Origin: Deltaproteobacteria bacterium
Lineage (GTDB): Bacteria > Myxococcota > Kuafuiibacteriia > Kuafuiibacteriales > Kuafuiibacteriaceae
Length of the DNA stretch: 52,355 bases
Reading direction: 5' to 3'
NCBI GenBank assembly: GCA_040218735.1
Contig: JAVJQW010000002.1
Span: forward strand, 1-52,355
Every line of letters starts with the position of its first letter. The stretch's first letter is position 1. Of the stretch, positions 8,160-19,388 are shown in pieces. The notes under the pieces are model-generated. The model was not told the DNA's origin, made no database searches, and saw only the letters and a program-made list of their open reading frames with translations. The position numbers and the translations under genes are program-made.

Positions 8160-10309
8160 ACGGCGGTTCTCTCGTCGCTCAACCCCGGATCTCTCGTGAC
8201 CGAAAGAGCAGGCAGGTGTCATCGCCGCCTCGCATTCTGTTCGTCGACGACGAGCTCCAAGTTCGCAACGCCTTCCTCCGCCGCTTCCGCGGACGGGGCT
8301 GGGACGTGCAGGTCGCGTCGGGCGCGGAGGAAGCGCTCCGCGTCCTCCGCACCGACGAGTTCGAAGTGCTCGTCACCGACCTACGCATGCCGAAGGTCGA
8401 CGGTCTCACGCTCATCGCGCGCGCGCGGAAGGTACGTCCGAACCTCGGCTGCCTGATCGTTACGGGCATGCCGGATCTCGATCTCAACAGCGATGTCGCG
8501 CGTGACTCCGCGATCGTCGGCATCCTCCCCAAGCCGTGGAACGTCGACGAGATCGCGGCGTCGATCGAACACGCACGTGCGGTCTATCGCGAGCGATCGG
8601 GCCAAACCCTCGAGGGCGCCGCCCAAGACGCCACGCACAGCCTCCTCCTCGTGGAAGACAACGAGGGCGACGCGGTCCTCGTGAGTCGATACCTGCGCTC
8701 CGCGCGGTGCGAAGTCACGGTCGCGAGGCGGTTGTCGGAGGCGCTGGACCTGGTCCGCTCCGAGAACTTCGATGTCGTCCTCTCCGACCTCTCGCTCCCC
8801 GACGCGCGCGGGCTCGACTGCGTTCGCCGCCTCACCGCCGCGGCCCAGGAGTCGGCGGTCGTCGTGCTGACCGGACTCGAGGACGAAACGATCGCCACGC
8901 GCGCGCTGCAGTTGGGTGCGCAGGACTACATGACGAAGGACGAGCTTCGTCCCGAGAGCCTTCGCCGGGTGATCCGGTACGCGGTCGAACGCAAACGCAC
9001 CGAGCAGCGCATGCGTGCGCTCGCGTCGCGTGACGCGCTCACCGGGCTCTCGAACCGGGCGACCTTCCAGGAGCGGCTCAACGAAGCCCTCGCGCGCTCC
9101 GAGCGGAGCCAGGAACCCGTCGCGCTCTTGTTCGTGGACCTCGATCGATTCAAGGCGATCAACGACACGTTCGGTCACGCCGCCGGCGACACCGTGGTGC
9201 GCGACGTCGCATCCCGACTGAGCGAAGCGGTTCGCGAGTACGACGTCGTCGCGCGCCTCGGCGGCGACGAGTTTGCCGTGTTGCTCGCCGAGCTCGACGA
9301 TCCGCTGACTCCGCAGCGTGTCGCGGACCGCATCCTCGACGCGCTCGCGCTCCCCATCCCGCTCGGCGACGCGACGGTCGCCATCTCGGCGAGCATCGGC
9401 ATCGCGACCTCACCCGACGCGGGGCGTACGTCGGAGCAGCTGGTGAAGTCCGCCGACTTCGCGATGTACGCGGCGAAGCGCGCGGGACGAAACGGCTACC
9501 GCTCGTTCAACGAGGTCGACGATCCGCGCTCGACGCGTCGTCACCAGCTCCTCAACGACCTGCGCGCGTCCCTCGACGACCAGCGCTTCGTGCTGCACTA
9601 CCAGCCGCAGTTCCGCGTCGAGAACCACGAGCCGGTCGGCGCCGAAGTGTTGCTCCGCTGGCAGCGGCAAGACGGGACGCTCGTCCCGCCCGGTGAGTTC
9701 ATACCGTTGCTCGAGGACAGCGGACTGATCGTCGACGTCGGTGCGTTCGTGATGCGCGAGGCGTGTCAGACCCTCGCCGCCTGGAGGCGTGACGGCGCGC
9801 CCGACTGCCGCATCGCCGTGAACCTGTCGCCGAAGCAGTTCGAATCCGATGGTCTGGTCGACGTCGTGCAGCGCGCCCTCGCGGACGCCGACTTGGATCC
9901 GTCCGCGCTGGAGCTCGAGATCACGGAGTCGCTGCTGATGCGCGACACCGCACGAACGTCGAACACCCTCGGCGCGCTCGCGGAGTTGGGGGTGCGGATC
10001 GCGCTCGACGACTTCGGCACGGGGTACTCTTCGCTCGCGTACCTCGAACGCTTCGACGTCGACGTGTTGAAGATCGATCGTTCGTTCGTTCAGCCGCTCG
10101 ACAAGAGCGCCGTGTCGGCGGGCTCCGTCGCCGGCGCGATCGTGAGCCTCGGTCACCAGCTCGGACTCGAAGTGATCGCCGAGGGCGTCGAGACCGTGCG
10201 CCAGCTCGACGCGCTGCGGTGGGAGGGCTGCGACGTGGTGCAGGGCTACCTCCTGGGGCGCCCCGCCGCCGACTGGCGACCCCCGCGCCTCGCCGCCCGT
10301 GTGGCCTGA
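8156..10309 (+). CDS. Response-regulator diguanylate cyclase/phosphodiesterase (REC-REC-GGDEF-EAL)
   Basis: Two REC domains (FVDDE...TDLRMP; LVEDN...SDLSLP), RxxD I-site (REYD) plus GGDEF, EVLLRW and DDFGTGYSS; the true start may be slightly downstream. Confidence 0.95.
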   Translation: MNGGSLVAQPRISRDRKSRQVSSPPRILFVDDELQVRNAFLRRFRGRGWDVQVASGAEEALRVLRTDEFEVLVTDLRMPKVDGLTLIARARKVRPNLGCLIVTGMPDLDLNSDVARDSAIVGILPKPWNVDEIAASIEHARAVYRERSGQTLEGAAQDATHSLLLVEDNEGDAVLVSRYLRSARCEVTVARRLSEALDLVRSENFDVVLSDLSLPDARGLDCVRRLTAAAQESAVVVLTGLEDETIATRALQLGAQDYMTKDELRPESLRRVIRYAVERKRTEQRMRALASRDALTGLSNRATFQERLNEALARSERSQEPVALLFVDLDRFKAINDTFGHAAGDTVVRDVASRLSEAVREYDVVARLGGDEFAVLLAELDDPLTPQRVADRILDALALPIPLGDATVAISASIGIATSPDAGRTSEQLVKSADFAMYAAKRAGRNGYRSFNEVDDPRSTRRHQLLNDLRASLDDQRFVLHYQPQFRVENHEPVGAEVLLRWQRQDGTLVPPGEFIPLLEDSGLIVDVGAFVMREACQTLAAWRRDGAPDCRIAVNLSPKQFESDGLVDVVQRALADADLDPSALELEITESLLMRDTARTSNTLGALAELGVRIALDDFGTGYSSLAYLERFDVDVLKIDRSFVQPLDKSAVSAGSVAGAIVSLGHQLGLEVIAEGVETVRQLDALRWEGCDVVQGYLLGRPAADWRPPRLAARVA

Positions 10310-10431
10310 GCGCGCTGCGTCCGGGAGAACCCCGGCCACCCGCCACCGATCCAGCCTCTAAGTCAGCGAAAATCCCGAGTGTCGTCGGTTCTGTAGCTTT
10401 CTGTACCGACGGTCAGTCATGGTGGTCGGGC

Positions 10432-11265
10432 ATGAGGTCGCACTTCGCCCCGCCCGTTGCCGAAAATGATCGCGACGTGGCCGCTTCACCTCTCTCGCGA
10501 ACGTTGGTCCTCGCCTGGCTCGCCGGCGCCGCGTGCACGCCGCTCGGTGCGTTGCAGCCGTACGACGTCGACCGCATCGAGGACGACATCGAGGCGCCGT
10601 CGGGTGAGCTCGAGACGACGGACTCACTCGGCCTCGCGTACATGATCTTCGCGACGCGCGCGGTGCTCGCTGGCGTGTCCGTCGCGTCCGCGGAGCTGCC
10701 CGGCCTCAACCGCTCACCGCTGTTCGATCAGGAGGACGTCGTCCAGTGCCGAAGCGAAGCGGAGAACGGCTTCGAGATCGACTACGCGTGCCTGCCGGAC
10801 AAGTCGGGTCGGCTGCGCGTCACGGCCGCGAGCGGCTTCGCGAACGAGAACGGCGACTACCGCCTCGGCCTCGAGGGCCTCTCGGTCGTCCCGGGCCTCT
10901 CGATCGACGCCAACGCCGACATGCGCGTCGAAGGCGTCGCCAACCCCACGATGACCGAACGAACGACCGTCGCGCCGCTCGGGTTCGTGAACGAAATGCC
11001 CGAGCGCTTCCGCGCGGTGGAGCAGACGGCGTTCGTGATCGACAATACGCGGGGCAAGGAGAAGCTCACGTTCGTGACGATCATCCTCGAGGACACCTAC
11101 GCGTGGACCGTGACCGACAGCCGCCGCGACGGCGAGCTCGGTTACACGATCCGCGATCGCCGAAACGTCTGGGACTGCACGTCCGAGGTCGACGGCACCT
11201 CCATTCTCTCCAGCGAATGTCGCACGCCGGTCGGGCAGGGTGACTTCGCGGTGCTGAGGTTCTGA
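10432..11265 (+). CDS. Hypothetical lipoprotein
   Basis: Hydrophobic stretch ending LAGAAC; good codon bias; stop overlaps next start (TGATG). Start uncertain (10432 ATG or 10477 GTG). Confidence 0.7.
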   Translation: MRSHFAPPVAENDRDVAASPLSRTLVLAWLAGAACTPLGALQPYDVDRIEDDIEAPSGELETTDSLGLAYMIFATRAVLAGVSVASAELPGLNRSPLFDQEDVVQCRSEAENGFEIDYACLPDKSGRLRVTAASGFANENGDYRLGLEGLSVVPGLSIDANADMRVEGVANPTMTERTTVAPLGFVNEMPERFRAVEQTAFVIDNTRGKEKLTFVTIILEDTYAWTVTDSRRDGELGYTIRDRRNVWDCTSEVDGTSILSSECRTPVGQGDFAVLRF

Positions 11266-13028
11266 TGAAGAAGCTGGTCTATCTCGCCCTGGCGTTGTCT
11301 TGGGGGTGCACGGACGTCCGGCTGTGGAAGCCGGGCGAGCTCGAGCGCATCTCCGTCGAGTTGGAGCGGCCCACGCCGGTCGAGCCGACCCAGACGTGGG
11401 GCTTCGTGCCGAAGCCCGGGGAGACGATCCGCTACCGGGTCGGTGACGTCTTCTGCACGAACCCTTCGAAGGAGCTCACCGTCCCGTTCAAGCTCCTCAT
11501 CATCATGGACTACTCCGGGTCGATGGATCAGAGCGACCCGCAGGGGCTGCGCATCCAGGCGGTGCAGCAGCTCGTGAATCGCTACGCGGGGGATCGCTCG
11601 GTGTACTTCGGCTTCCTGCGCTTCGGCACGACGGTGTACCCGCTCGACGGCCTCGGCCAGGAGTTCACGAACGATCCGAACCGCATCCAGTCCGCGCTGA
11701 CCGCGCTCGCCGCGAACAACACCGTCCCGCAGGGCGCGACGAACTATCAGGAGTCGCTCGAGTGGGCGTGGGACGCGATCGACGAGGACATGCGCAAGGA
11801 GGATCAGATCCCGGGGACGCGCTACGGGATCATCTTCGTCACCGACGGTCGTCCGAACGAGCCCGAGGGCGGCAACGAAGACCAGGCGCTGCAGGCGAAC
11901 GTCCCGAAGGTCCACGACCGCATCACGGGCTGCTACGGCTACAAGTCGTTCCAGCCGCTCAACACGATGATCGAGTGGCTCAACACGTACTTCATCAACG
12001 TGGGCGGGCCGGATCCGGCGGCGTCGGATCTGCTGCGGCGCATGGCGGAGGGCACCGGCACGCAGGCGTGTGACCCGGACAACTGGGGCCACGGTCTGTA
12101 CACCGAGGTGACGAACGCGGGCGACCTCGACTTCCAGCTCGACCTTCCGACGCTGCGCAAGGTGTTCGTGAACCGAAGCGGCTTCAACTTCATCCACCAC
12201 CACCTCAAGGCTTCGTACAAGGACGGCGAGATGGTGATGGCGCGCGACTCCGACGGCGACGGCCTGCCGGACTTCGAGGAGAGCATGGCGCCGAACGCGG
12301 CCGACATTCACTCCAGCAGCATGTTCTCCTCGGACACGGACGGCGACGGGATCAGCGACCTCGTCGAGTACGCGTTGGGGATGGCGAGCAACGACCCGGC
12401 GCCGCTGACGATCTACGAGCGCCCGCCCGTCGACCCGACGCTCGCGCAAGACGGCATGCTCGTGCAGCTCGGGAAGCTCACGCCCTCGGAGTTCGACACG
12501 GACGGCGACGGGCTGACCGACGCCGAGGAGGACTTCATCGGGACCGACCACCTCGTGGTCGACACGGATCGCGACGGTGTCTCGGACTACGTCGAGCTCC
12601 GCTACGGCCTGAACCCGAACGACCCGACGGACGCCGCGCTCGACGGCGACGGCGACGGCTTCGACAGCAAGGCGGAGATCGAGATGGGCATGGACCCGCA
12701 CCACCGCGAGCCCGACTGGTTCCGCGAGGCGTACGCTTACCAGGTGCACCGCGGCCAGGAGTTCCAGGTCGAGGATCCGGTCGCGGGTGGCTCGCCGAAG
12801 GTACGCAGCTGCTACAACTTCAACATCTCGAACGTGCTGTTCCGCCGGCCGCTCCTCGCGGACGGGACGGAGGGCAACTACAACGTGTTCGAGCTCGCGT
12901 TCATCGACCAGACGCGGCTCCCGATCAGCGAGTTCGACTACATCTCACGCCGCGAGACGGTGAAGGCGGTCCCCGAAGACGACAAACCCGCCTACTACTT
13001 CCGTCGTCAGTTCCCGGAGACGTGGTGA
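11265..13028 (+). CDS. VWA-domain lipoprotein with thrombospondin type-3-like DxDGDG repeats (MtsD-like)
   Basis: Lipobox SWGC; MIDAS DYSGS...T...TDG; repeated DSDGDG/DTDGDG/DTDRDG; C-terminal CYNFNISNV resembles myxobacterial Mts proteins. Confidence 0.85.
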   Translation: MKKLVYLALALSWGCTDVRLWKPGELERISVELERPTPVEPTQTWGFVPKPGETIRYRVGDVFCTNPSKELTVPFKLLIIMDYSGSMDQSDPQGLRIQAVQQLVNRYAGDRSVYFGFLRFGTTVYPLDGLGQEFTNDPNRIQSALTALAANNTVPQGATNYQESLEWAWDAIDEDMRKEDQIPGTRYGIIFVTDGRPNEPEGGNEDQALQANVPKVHDRITGCYGYKSFQPLNTMIEWLNTYFINVGGPDPAASDLLRRMAEGTGTQACDPDNWGHGLYTEVTNAGDLDFQLDLPTLRKVFVNRSGFNFIHHHLKASYKDGEMVMARDSDGDGLPDFEESMAPNAADIHSSSMFSSDTDGDGISDLVEYALGMASNDPAPLTIYERPPVDPTLAQDGMLVQLGKLTPSEFDTDGDGLTDAEEDFIGTDHLVVDTDRDGVSDYVELRYGLNPNDPTDAALDGDGDGFDSKAEIEMGMDPHHREPDWFREAYAYQVHRGQEFQVEDPVAGGSPKVRSCYNFNISNVLFRRPLLADGTEGNYNVFELAFIDQTRLPISEFDYISRRETVKAVPEDDKPAYYFRRQFPETW

Positions 13029-14020
13029 TGAAGAAGCTGTCGCCCCTGTTCCTGTTGTTGGCCGCGTGCATCGACACGACCCCGACGAACCCGTCGGCGG
13101 TCGGCGAGGATCCGACGAACGAGGATCCGATGATGATGTCGATGGAGGAGGAGATGACGCCGCCGATCTTCGAGTGCGAGCCGCTCGACGACTCGGGCTG
13201 CGTGGATCAGCAGTCGTGCGTCTGGGACACGAAGGACAACTCCGCGGTGTGCCGAACGCTCGAGATCAACCTCGGCATCGAGGAGGCGTGTAGCCCCGGC
13301 TCGTTCGAGTGCAGCAACGGCATGACCTGCGCGGCGCTCCCCAAGGACGAGGGCGCGAGCTGCTACCGCGTCTGCGACCCGACGGACGAAGCGGCGTGCG
13401 CAGGGCTGCCCGGCTCCTCGCCGAACTACATGTGCATGGGTCTGCGCGGTTACGACTACGGCGTCTGCGTCGGCGCGGGCGTGCAGTGCGACCCGAACCA
13501 GGATCCGTGCGGCGACGACGAAGCGTGCTCGATCCGCGGCGGCCAGCCGGTGTGCATCCCGGCGGGCGAGACGGAGGTCGGCGGCGACTGCTCGTACGAG
13601 CTGTGTGAGAAGGGCCTCGTCTGCGCGAACCTCGCGGACCGCCCGTTCCCCACGTGCCTGTCGCCGTGTGACACCGCGATCGGGACGTGCGGCGAGGAGA
13701 ACGAGGTCTGCACCGGCCTGGAGGGCTTCAACTTCGGCGTGTGTCAGCTCTCGATGGCGTCCTGCAACCCGCTCGTCGACGACTGCGGGAGCGACCGCAC
13801 GTGCTCGATCTCCGGCACCAACGTCCGCTGCGTCCCCACGGGCCCCGTCGCGATCGGCGGCGACTGCACGAACGACACCTGCGCCGAGGGCGGCGTGTGC
13901 GTGAAGATCGTGGACCGCGTCCCGACGTGCATGGAGCCGTGTGATCTCACGTTCCCCGAGTGCGCGACCGCGGGGTTCGAGTGCAGCAGCATCGGCCTGG
14001 ACTTCGGCGTCTGCCTCTAG
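13028..14020 (+). CDS. Cys-rich repeat lipoprotein
   Basis: Lipobox LAAC; repeated C-x-P-x3-4-C...GGDC...C modules; TGATG coupling to the upstream gene. Confidence 0.85.
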   Translation: MKKLSPLFLLLAACIDTTPTNPSAVGEDPTNEDPMMMSMEEEMTPPIFECEPLDDSGCVDQQSCVWDTKDNSAVCRTLEINLGIEEACSPGSFECSNGMTCAALPKDEGASCYRVCDPTDEAACAGLPGSSPNYMCMGLRGYDYGVCVGAGVQCDPNQDPCGDDEACSIRGGQPVCIPAGETEVGGDCSYELCEKGLVCANLADRPFPTCLSPCDTAIGTCGEENEVCTGLEGFNFGVCQLSMASCNPLVDDCGSDRTCSISGTNVRCVPTGPVAIGGDCTNDTCAEGGVCVKIVDRVPTCMEPCDLTFPECATAGFECSSIGLDFGVCL

Positions 14021-14907
14021 GTCTCGACCGGGATCAACGCACCAAGGTCCGGAGGCGCCACGTGCGGGAGCGTTCTTCGGAACGCCGAGACCGCGGTGCG
14101 TAGCGCCGATGCGCTCGCGAAGCGGTCCTTCGGATCGCGGGCGAGGCAGCGTGCGACGATCGCCGCGGCGTCGGGCGCCAGCGTGTCGAGCTCCGGCGGC
14201 GCGGCGAGCCGGATCAGATCCAAGGTCTCGGGCACCGACGTGCCGTCGTACGGTCGGCGGCCGAGCACCAGCTCGTGGAGCAAGACGCCGAAGCCGAACT
14301 GATCGCTGCTCGCGCTGAGCGCCTCGTTCGCGGCCTGCTCGGGGGACATGTACGCGTACTTCCCTTTGCGGATGTCGGGGCGCGTCTGCTCGATCATGTT
14401 CGTCGCCTTCACGATGCCGAAGTCCGCGAGCTTCACTTCGCCGGCGCGCGAGAGGAGGACGTTCGAGGGGCTCACGTCGCGGTGCACGAGGCCGAGCTCG
14501 ACGCCCCGCTCGTCGCGCGCGGTGTGGACGTACTCGAGCGCGAGCGCGATCTCCTCCGCGATCAACCAGGCGTGCGGCTCGGGGACATCGGTGAGGGAGG
14601 TGAGGTCCGCGCCGTCCACGTACTCCAGGCACACGAAGTACGAGCCGTCGGCCGAGCCGAGATCGTAGGTCTGGACGAGGTTTCTGTGCCGGAGCCGAGC
14701 TCCGAGCTTCGCTTCCTCGATCAGCAAGCGCTCCCACCGGCCTTCGCCGCGGAACGGCACGCGCAGGCGCTTCAGCGCGACGTGCCGTTCGAACCCGCTC
14801 GCGCCGTGGTGCACGCCCAGGAAGACCTCGGCCATCCCGCCCCGGCCGAGCCGCGACAGCACGCGGTAGGGCCCCAGTCGCGTCGGCTCTGCGTCGGCGA
14901 AGCTCAA
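14017..14907 (-). CDS. Hanks-type Ser/Thr protein kinase (catalytic domain only)
   Basis: LGRGGMAEV, VALK, HRDVSPSN, DFG, GKYAYMSPE, SDQF motifs. Confidence 0.95.
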   Translation of the reverse strand: MSFADAEPTRLGPYRVLSRLGRGGMAEVFLGVHHGASGFERHVALKRLRVPFRGEGRWERLLIEEAKLGARLRHRNLVQTYDLGSADGSYFVCLEYVDGADLTSLTDVPEPHAWLIAEEIALALEYVHTARDERGVELGLVHRDVSPSNVLLSRAGEVKLADFGIVKATNMIEQTRPDIRKGKYAYMSPEQAANEALSASSDQFGFGVLLHELVLGRRPYDGTSVPETLDLIRLAAPPELDTLAPDAAAIVARCLARDPKDRFASASALRTAVSAFRRTLPHVAPPDLGALIPVET

Positions 14908-14942
14908 GGTGCGCCTTCGAGTGTACTATCGAAGGCGACCCC

Positions 14943-16289
<1,347 letters not shown>

Positions 16290-17010
16290 TGTTGTCGCGG
16301 CTCCCGGCGTCGTAGGCCGCGCTCGCGATGCGCTCCGCTGCGAGGTCGCCGTCGAGCAACGCGCCGATGTCTTCGTCCGACAGCACGTCCGTCACACCGT
16401 CGGTGCACAACAGCAGCGTGTCGCCGACCGCGAGCGCCTCCGACCTCAGGTCGGGGTCGCGCTTCGGCGTCTCGATCCCGAGCGCGCGCGTGATGACGTG
16501 CGCGTGGAGGAACTTCTCCTTTGGCGGCACGTCGGCGCCCGACGCACGCAGCTCTTCGTACAGCGAGTGGTCGCGCGTGAGGCACTCGATCTTCGACGCG
16601 CGCCGCCGGTACACGCGGCTGTCGCCGACGTGCGCAACGACGACGCGGTCTTCGATCGTCTGCACCATCGCGACCGTCGATCCCATCTGCGCGAGCGGAC
16701 CGACACGCGCCGCTTTGATCCGCGCGTCCGCGAGGCGAATCGCCGCGGCGACCACGTTCTCCTCGGGCGGCCGCGCGTAGTCGACGTCACTCGGCAGAAA
16801 GAGGTTGTCCCCGCGGGCGAGGCACGAGGCGAACCCGACGAGCGTCTCGATCGTGATCCGGCTCGCGACCTCGCCCCCCTCGTATCCGCCCATCCCGTCC
16901 GCGACCGCGAACAGCCCGAGCCCGGGCCGCGCGCAGCAGGCGTCTTCGTTGGAGGCCCGTCGTCCTTCGGTGGTGGTCCAGTCGAATGTCAGTTCCATGC
17001 CCCCTACAGG

Positions 17011-17027
17011 AGCGAACCGTGGACCGG
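17011..17027 (-). promoter_or_regulatory. Candidate sigma-54 (-24/-12) promoter of the PP2C gene
   Basis: Minus strand CCGGTCCACGGTTCGCT has exact GG-N10-GC spacing, 13 nt before the ATG; imperfect to the TGGCAC/TTGC consensus. Confidence 0.4.
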
Positions 17028-17086
17028 AGGTAGGGGGGCCATTTCACTCGGCGGGGTGGGGCGCGCACCCCCCTTCGCGGCGAGGG

Positions 17087-17101
17087 AGGCGGTCGGACCG
17101 C
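17087..17101 (-). terminator. Hairpin just downstream of the TonB receptor stop
   Basis: ggcggtc-g-gaccgcc inverted repeat; no U-tract. Confidence 0.3.
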
Positions 17102-17113
17102 CGTGTCTACCCC

Positions 17114-19381
17114 TCACTCGAAGGTGTGTTTGTAGCCGAGATAGATCTGGAGCGGCTGCCCGGGACGCGCGCCGAACGGGCGTCGAGACGCGATGTAGGC
17201 GGTGTTCGTGACGTTGAAGGCCTGCACGTAGAGGCGTCCTCCGAACAGTCGGTAGTACGCCGACGCGTCGATGATGACTGCGCGATCCGTCGCGTGGATG
17301 TCCTCGAGCGGGCCGTCGTCGGCGCGGTCGCGCATACGGTCGATGTAGCGCGCGGTCACGTTGAGCCCGAAGTCCGGGCGCGTCGCCGCGACGGTCGCGG
17401 CGAGCTGGTGTCGCGGTACGTACGGGAGCTCGTATCCGGCGAGGACGTTGCCCCACTGCGGGAACCCGGAGTCGAAGTCGGTGAGGAACTCCGAGAACGT
17501 GAGTGTGTAGGTCAGCTCGCCGCTGACGTCGAAGCCGAGCGGGGCGTGTGTGCCGTGGCTCGCGACGGCCTCCAGGCCGTACACCCACGCGGCGCCGCCG
17601 TTGAACTGGTCGGTGGTCATCGCGTCCGTGCAGCCGCTCGAGAACGTGCAGGTCCCGCTGATGTTCTGGTAGTCGTTGAAGAAGCCGATCACCTCGGCGC
17701 GCGCACGCGCGAGCTTCACCCGGGCGCCGGCTTCGTAGTTGAGGCTCTTCTCCGGGAGGGTGTCGTCGCTGGCGCCCGGCGTGACCGGGCTGAAGCCCTG
17801 GTGCACGCCGGCGATCACGCTGAGCCATCGCGTCGGCGAGTACGAGGCACCGATCCCAGGGAGGAGAACGGCGGTCTCGTTGTCGATGTCGCGTCGCTCG
17901 GGGACCGTCGACACGAAGGAGGTTTGGATCAGCTCGGCGCGGAGACCGGGCGTGAGGAGGAGGTCGCCGATCTCGATCTCGTCGAGGATGTGGAACGCAA
18001 ACGCGAGCGCACGGCCTTCGTTGTCGGTGACGGTCGCGATGTCGGAGGCGAGGACGGTGGTGCCGTTGAGCATGTCGTACGTGCCCTCGTCGTGGTCACG
18101 TCGGATCGAGTCCTGGTGAACACGGAGGCCGGCGACGATGTCCTGATTCACGAGGTAGAACAGCTGGGGCGCGCGCCACCGCGCCGTGGCCTGGACGCCG
18201 GTCGACACGAAGTCGCGCGCGTTCGTGCCGATGAGGAGCGCGCCGCTCGCGTCCTGTTCACCTCGGAGCACGGCGAGCCGCACCGCGTCTTCACCGCTGT
18301 CCTCGGCCTTGAGCAGGCTTCCGAGGTCGACGCCGGCGAGCCCGTTGAGCTTCTTCCACGCCCGCGAGAAGTCGTGCCGATAACCCGTGACGCGGACCTC
18401 GACCCGGTCGGTCTGCAGCAGGTACGACAGCGTGGCCTGCGTGCGCCACCAGTCCATGTTGCCGAGCTGACTTGCAGCGTACCTGCGGTACGGAGTCGCA
18501 TCGAAGTCGCCATCGCTCAGGCCGAGGTAGGTCTCGTTCGACTCCTCGTCGGCGTAACCGAGCTTTACCTCCAAGCGGTGCGCGTATTCGTCGCTCCGGT
18601 TGGTCCCGACGTACGCCTTCAGCATGACTTCGTTCTTCGCGAAGCCGGTGTCGCCGCCGCCGTCCAGCTCCTTGAATCCGTCGGTCTGAAGGTGAACGCC
18701 CTCGACGAGCACCCCCCAGTGCTCGGCGCCGTATCCGGTCGCCGCGTGGAGCTTTTGGTATCGGTTCACGCCGTACGCGGCGTCCACGTAGCCCTGTACG
18801 CCCGGGTCGATCCGGCGCGTTCGGAGATCGAGCGCGCCGCCGATCGTGTTCGGGCCGTACACGATCGAGGCGGGCCCTTTGAAGACGTCGACGCCGACCA
18901 ACCGGGTGACGATCGGAAAGTAGTACGCGGCGGGCGCGGAGTAGGGCGCTGGGCCGAGCAGGACGCCGTCCTCCATGAGTGCGACCTTCGCGCTTCGATC
19001 GGAGTTGGCGCCGCGCAGGCCGATGTTCGGACGGAGGCCGTAGCCGTCCTCGCCGCGGACGTACACGCCGGGCACCTGCATGAGCACGCGGTGGATGTCG
19101 TCGTACTCGAACTGTTCGAGGGCCACGTCGTCGACGCGGTAGGCGGAGCCCGCGATGCGCGCACGCTCCGCCGACGTGCCGTGGACGATCACCTCTTCGA
19201 TCTCGCCCTCGTCATCCGGCTCGGAGGGAGGAGCCGCGGTGACCTCGAGCGAGACGTCCGGGAGCACTTCGTCGAAGACGAAGTCTGCCGGGGTCGAAGT
19301 CTCGGTCTGGCTGACGGTCGACGTGTGCGTCGTCGTGCCGGTCGCGACCTGTCCGGCGAGGGTCAGCAAGAGGAGGAACAT
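17114..19381 (-). CDS. TonB-dependent receptor (FecA-like)
   Basis: EEVIVHG TonB-box-like segment; plug motifs VPGV...EDGYGLRPNIGLRG, KGPASIVYGP; C-terminal NVTN...GYKHTF beta strand. Confidence 0.95.
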   Translation of the reverse strand: MFLLLLTLAGQVATGTTTHTSTVSQTETSTPADFVFDEVLPDVSLEVTAAPPSEPDDEGEIEEVIVHGTSAERARIAGSAYRVDDVALEQFEYDDIHRVLMQVPGVYVRGEDGYGLRPNIGLRGANSDRSAKVALMEDGVLLGPAPYSAPAAYYFPIVTRLVGVDVFKGPASIVYGPNTIGGALDLRTRRIDPGVQGYVDAAYGVNRYQKLHAATGYGAEHWGVLVEGVHLQTDGFKELDGGGDTGFAKNEVMLKAYVGTNRSDEYAHRLEVKLGYADEESNETYLGLSDGDFDATPYRRYAASQLGNMDWWRTQATLSYLLQTDRVEVRVTGYRHDFSRAWKKLNGLAGVDLGSLLKAEDSGEDAVRLAVLRGEQDASGALLIGTNARDFVSTGVQATARWRAPQLFYLVNQDIVAGLRVHQDSIRRDHDEGTYDMLNGTTVLASDIATVTDNEGRALAFAFHILDEIEIGDLLLTPGLRAELIQTSFVSTVPERRDIDNETAVLLPGIGASYSPTRWLSVIAGVHQGFSPVTPGASDDTLPEKSLNYEAGARVKLARARAEVIGFFNDYQNISGTCTFSSGCTDAMTTDQFNGGAAWVYGLEAVASHGTHAPLGFDVSGELTYTLTFSEFLTDFDSGFPQWGNVLAGYELPYVPRHQLAATVAATRPDFGLNVTARYIDRMRDRADDGPLEDIHATDRAVIIDASAYYRLFGGRLYVQAFNVTNTAYIASRRPFGARPGQPLQIYLGYKHTFE

Positions 19382-19388
19382 CGTCGTC

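Noticed and set aside
12245-12660. Repeated gacggcgacgg units
   Set aside because: Coding DxDGDG calcium-binding repeats, already explained by the CDS.
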